NCBI GenBank assembly: GCA_031409335.1
Contig: JANNWY010000186.1
Span: 1-64,000, forward strand
Length of the DNA stretch: 64,000 bases
Origin: Chthoniobacteraceae bacterium
GTDB lineage: Bacteria; Verrucomicrobiota; Verrucomicrobiia; Chthoniobacterales; Chthoniobacteraceae
Reading direction: 5' to 3'
Part shown: one piece after another, positions 61,206-64,000 of the stretch
Numbering within the stretch: position 1 is the first letter of the stretch
Layout: each line of letters begins with the position of its first letter
The notes under the pieces: model-generated
The model's input: the letters and a program-made list of their open reading frames with translations, nothing else
What the model was told of the DNA's origin: nothing
Databases searched by the model: none
Translations under genes and position numbers: made by a program

Positions 61206-62273
61206 ATGAAACTCTTCATTCCCGGTCCCGTCCAAGTCTCCGAAAAAACCTTCGCGGCATTCTGCCAGCCGATGATCGGGCATCGCAGCGGTGATTTTAA
61301 GAAACTGTACGGCGGGATTCAGCCGCGCTTGCAGGAACTTTTCGGGACGAAGCAGCCGGTGTTTCTTTCCACCTCGAGCGCGTGGGGCGTGATGGAAGGG
61401 GCGATCCGCAATCTCGTGGATACGAAGAAAGTGCTGAACTGCATGTGCGGCGCGTTTTCCGACAAGTGGCTCGACGTTTCCAAACGCTGCGGCAAAGGCG
61501 CGGACAGTTTGCAGGTGGAATGGGGCCAGCCGATCCGGCCCGAGCAGCTCGACGCAAAACTCGCGACCGGCGAATACGAAGCTGTGACGATCATTCACAA
61601 TGAAACCTCGACCGGCGTGATGTCGCCGATCGCGGAACTCGCCGCGGTGCTGCGCAAATATCCCGACGTGCTCTCGATCGTGGACAGCGTTTCCTCGTTC
61701 AGCGTCGTGCCGCTGCCGATGGATGCGCTCGGCCTCGACGTGCTGCTCACCGGCTCGCAGAAAGCGCTCGCGATGCCTCCCGGCCTCGCGCTTTTCGCGA
61801 CGAGCGAGCGGGCTTTTGCGAAAGCGAAAACGATCGCGACGCGCGGCTACTATTTCGACTTCATCGAGTTCCAAAAAAATCAAGCCGAAGACATGACGCC
61901 GAGCACGCCGAGCATTTCGCACATCTACGCGCTGCGCTCAAAGCTCGACGACATCTTCACCGAAGGCGTCGCCGCCCGCCACGCGCGCCACGCGGCGCTG
62001 AACGACATGGTTCACGAGTGGGTGAAAGCGCGCGGATTCGATTTCTTCGCGCCGGAAGGCTACCGCTCGAAATCGCTGACCTGCGTGGCCAACACGAAGG
62101 GCATCGACGTGGCGGAACTCGCCAAAAAAATGAAGGACCGCCACGGCCTCGTGATCGACGGCGGTTACGGCAAGCTGAAGGGCAAAACCTTCCGCCTTTC
62201 CAACATGGGCGATGAGACGAAGGAAAGCATTGCCGAGCTGCTCACCGCGCTGGACGACTGCCTCGCGGGTTAG
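61206..62273 (+). CDS. Class V PLP aminotransferase (alanine-glyoxylate / serine-pyruvate type)
   Basis: LFIPGPV, GHRS, HNETSTGV, VDSVSS, GSQKAL..PPG, FRLSNMG. Confidence 0.93.
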   Translation: MKLFIPGPVQVSEKTFAAFCQPMIGHRSGDFKKLYGGIQPRLQELFGTKQPVFLSTSSAWGVMEGAIRNLVDTKKVLNCMCGAFSDKWLDVSKRCGKGADSLQVEWGQPIRPEQLDAKLATGEYEAVTIIHNETSTGVMSPIAELAAVLRKYPDVLSIVDSVSSFSVVPLPMDALGLDVLLTGSQKALAMPPGLALFATSERAFAKAKTIATRGYYFDFIEFQKNQAEDMTPSTPSISHIYALRSKLDDIFTEGVAARHARHAALNDMVHEWVKARGFDFFAPEGYRSKSLTCVANTKGIDVAELAKKMKDRHGLVIDGGYGKLKGKTFRLSNMGDETKESIAELLTALDDCLAG

Positions 62274-62306
62274 TCTTTCTCAATGGGCCAAGGGTATCGG
62301 GCCGGA

Positions 62307-62756
62307 CTACTGGAGAAACCGTCCCAGATTCTGCTCTTCCCATGCTTTCGCCCGGCGGAACCAGTGAAAGCGGCGCTCTCTCGCGTAGAATTTTTCGTGA
62401 TGGATGACGCGCCGCCCCGACGAATCGTATTCGTCGCGCACGACGGCGTGACACATCTCGTGATAGACGACGTATTCGACGAACCATTTCGGCACGAGTT
62501 CGCGGTCGAGGAGCGGATGGACGCGGATGATGCGGTCGTCTTCCTGAATTGTGCCAAAGACAATTTCATCGCGCGGACGACCCTTGCGTTTGCGGCCCCA
62601 GACGATGGTGTAGTCCTTGATCCGGTTGCGGAAATATCGCGCGTTCAGCTTGTCGAAAATCGCGCGCAAATCGTGAACGTGATCCGCTTCGGCGAACACG
62701 AACTGGCGCTGCATGGGCAGCTTTGCGACCGAGACTTTGCGTTTGCGAGTGGCCAT
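62307..62756 (-). CDS. SprT-like zinc metalloprotease
   Basis: FDKLNARYF, IRVHPLLD, YVVYHEMCH, HHEKF. Confidence 0.8.
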   Translation of the reverse strand: MATRKRKVSVAKLPMQRQFVFAEADHVHDLRAIFDKLNARYFRNRIKDYTIVWGRKRKGRPRDEIVFGTIQEDDRIIRVHPLLDRELVPKWFVEYVVYHEMCHAVVRDEYDSSGRRVIHHEKFYARERRFHWFRRAKAWEEQNLGRFLQ

Positions 62757-62820
62757 GGCGACTTTGGAAAGGGATTACGTTGGTGGGAAAATACCGGACG
62801 CCGTTGCCGAGCGCCAAGGA

Positions 62821-63879
62821 TTAGCTGCCGGTCGGCAAAAAATTCCCCTCCGTGCCCGGCATCTGCTTTGTCGATTCCAGCTTTTTCACTCGGTCGAAGA
62901 GTTTCGGGAGGCGGCGGATGCAGGCGAGTTGCTCCTTGGCGTCGCGCATCGGCTGCGAGGGGCTGCCCCAGACGACCTCTTTCGCGGCGATATTCTTACT
63001 GATGCCGCTTTTTGCAGCCACGATGACCTGGTCGCCGATCTCAATGTGCCCGACGATGCCGACCTGGCCTGCAATTGTGACATAACTGCCTATCTTCACA
63101 CTGCCAGCGATGCCGGTGAGGGCGATGACCAGGCTATGTTTGCCGATCACGACGTTGTGGGCGATTTGCACGAGGTTGTCGATTTTGGTGCCTTCGCCGA
63201 TCCAAGTGCGGCCAAACCGGGCGCGATCGATGGTGGTGTTCGCGCCGATTTCCACGTCGTCGTCGAGCTGGACGATGCCGATTTGGGGAATTTTCACGTG
63301 TTTGCCCCCGGAAAACTCAAAGCCAAATCCGTCGCTGCCGAGGACGACGCCGCTGTGCAGGATGACGCGGCTGCCGACGATGCACCGTTCGCCGACGGTG
63401 ACGCGCGGGTGCAGGAGGCAGCCGGCACCGATCTTTGCCCCGCGCCCGATGTAGCCATGCGCGCCGAGGACGGAGCCCGCGCCCACGGATGCGCCGTCTT
63501 CGATGACGACAAACGGCTGGATGGAGACGCCGTCGGCGAGCGTGACATCGCGCCCGATGATGGCGCTGGAATGGATGCCGGGCGGGAAAACGGCGGGGGC
63601 CGGGGCGAATTTTTCGATGAGTTTCGAGAAGGCGAGCGAGGGATTCTCGACGCGGATGGCGATCGGCGGGATTTCCTCGGCAAAATCGAGCGGGACGAGC
63701 GCGGCGGTGGCACGGCAGGTCTTGAGCGCGGCGAGGTATTTGGTATTGCCGAAAAAGGTGATGTCGCCTTCACCTGCCTCGGCGATGGCCGCGCCACCGC
63801 GAATGACGGTTGCGCCATCCGCCGGTAAAGCAAACTGGCCGCCTACGAGGGCGGCCAGTTCTTGAATCGTGATGGTCAC
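62821..63879 (-). CDS. lpxD: UDP-3-O-acyl-glucosamine N-acyltransferase
   Basis: Hexapeptide repeats, GSDGFGF, KIPQIG, EIGANTTIDR, KIDNLVQIAHN. Confidence 0.97.
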   Translation of the reverse strand: MTITIQELAALVGGQFALPADGATVIRGGAAIAEAGEGDITFFGNTKYLAALKTCRATAALVPLDFAEEIPPIAIRVENPSLAFSKLIEKFAPAPAVFPPGIHSSAIIGRDVTLADGVSIQPFVVIEDGASVGAGSVLGAHGYIGRGAKIGAGCLLHPRVTVGERCIVGSRVILHSGVVLGSDGFGFEFSGGKHVKIPQIGIVQLDDDVEIGANTTIDRARFGRTWIGEGTKIDNLVQIAHNVVIGKHSLVIALTGIAGSVKIGSYVTIAGQVGIVGHIEIGDQVIVAAKSGISKNIAAKEVVWGSPSQPMRDAKEQLACIRRLPKLFDRVKKLESTKQMPGTEGNFLPTGS

Positions 63880-63894
63880 GAAGAATACGCGGGC

Positions 63895-64000
63895 TTACTT
63901 CGGTTTGGCACCGGTTGCGGCTGGCTTGGCCGGCTCGGCCTTTGGAGCGTCAGCCTTCGGCGCGGCGGGCTCTTCCTTGCCCTTGTTCTTGTTGAGTTGC
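63895..64000 (-). CDS. 3' end of a gene, probably OmpH/Skp (partial)
   Basis: QLNKNKGKEEPAAPKADAPKAEPAKPAATGAKPK*; identity inferred only from its position upstream of lpxD. Confidence 0.5.
   Translation of the reverse strand, partial: QLNKNKGKEEPAAPKADAPKAEPAKPAATGAKPK

Overview
GC-rich bacterial chromosomal segment, most likely Verrucomicrobiota (Chthoniobacterales-like). This is inferred from the PEP-CTERM proteins, DUF1501 and PSCyt/PSD1 cytochrome, ECF sigma/Ser-Thr kinase pair, LTD-CotH proteins and an N-terminal LESRIAPA motif. Housekeeping genes (ispH, recJ, htpG, RluA-family synthase, rsmB, ugd, lpxD, skp fragment) alternate with surface-protein genes, two type II toxin-antitoxin modules and a decayed patch at 28.3-31.1 kb. 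No rRNA, tRNA, CRISPR array, integrase or transposase was seen. Main observations: (1) two unrelated palindromic elements lie in frame just after Met-Lys-Arg in the signal peptides of two secreted proteins; (2) a Phd/VapC module lies antisense between a kinase and its ECF sigma gene, next to a relic copy of the sigma N-terminus that opens an ORF overlapping both flanking genes by ATGA; (3) short-tandem-repeat palindromes and REP-like doublets fill whole intergenic gaps and abut start or stop codons; (4) a coupled LuxC-like reductase / Fe-ADH / beta-propeller / HemN-like radical SAM operon of unknown function; (5) a shared C-terminal RF[YF]R[VL] domain on three secreted proteins; (6) a relic 3' end of a GH63 gene bracketing a 2.2-kb cargo. 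All family calls come from motif recognition by eye, not database searches.
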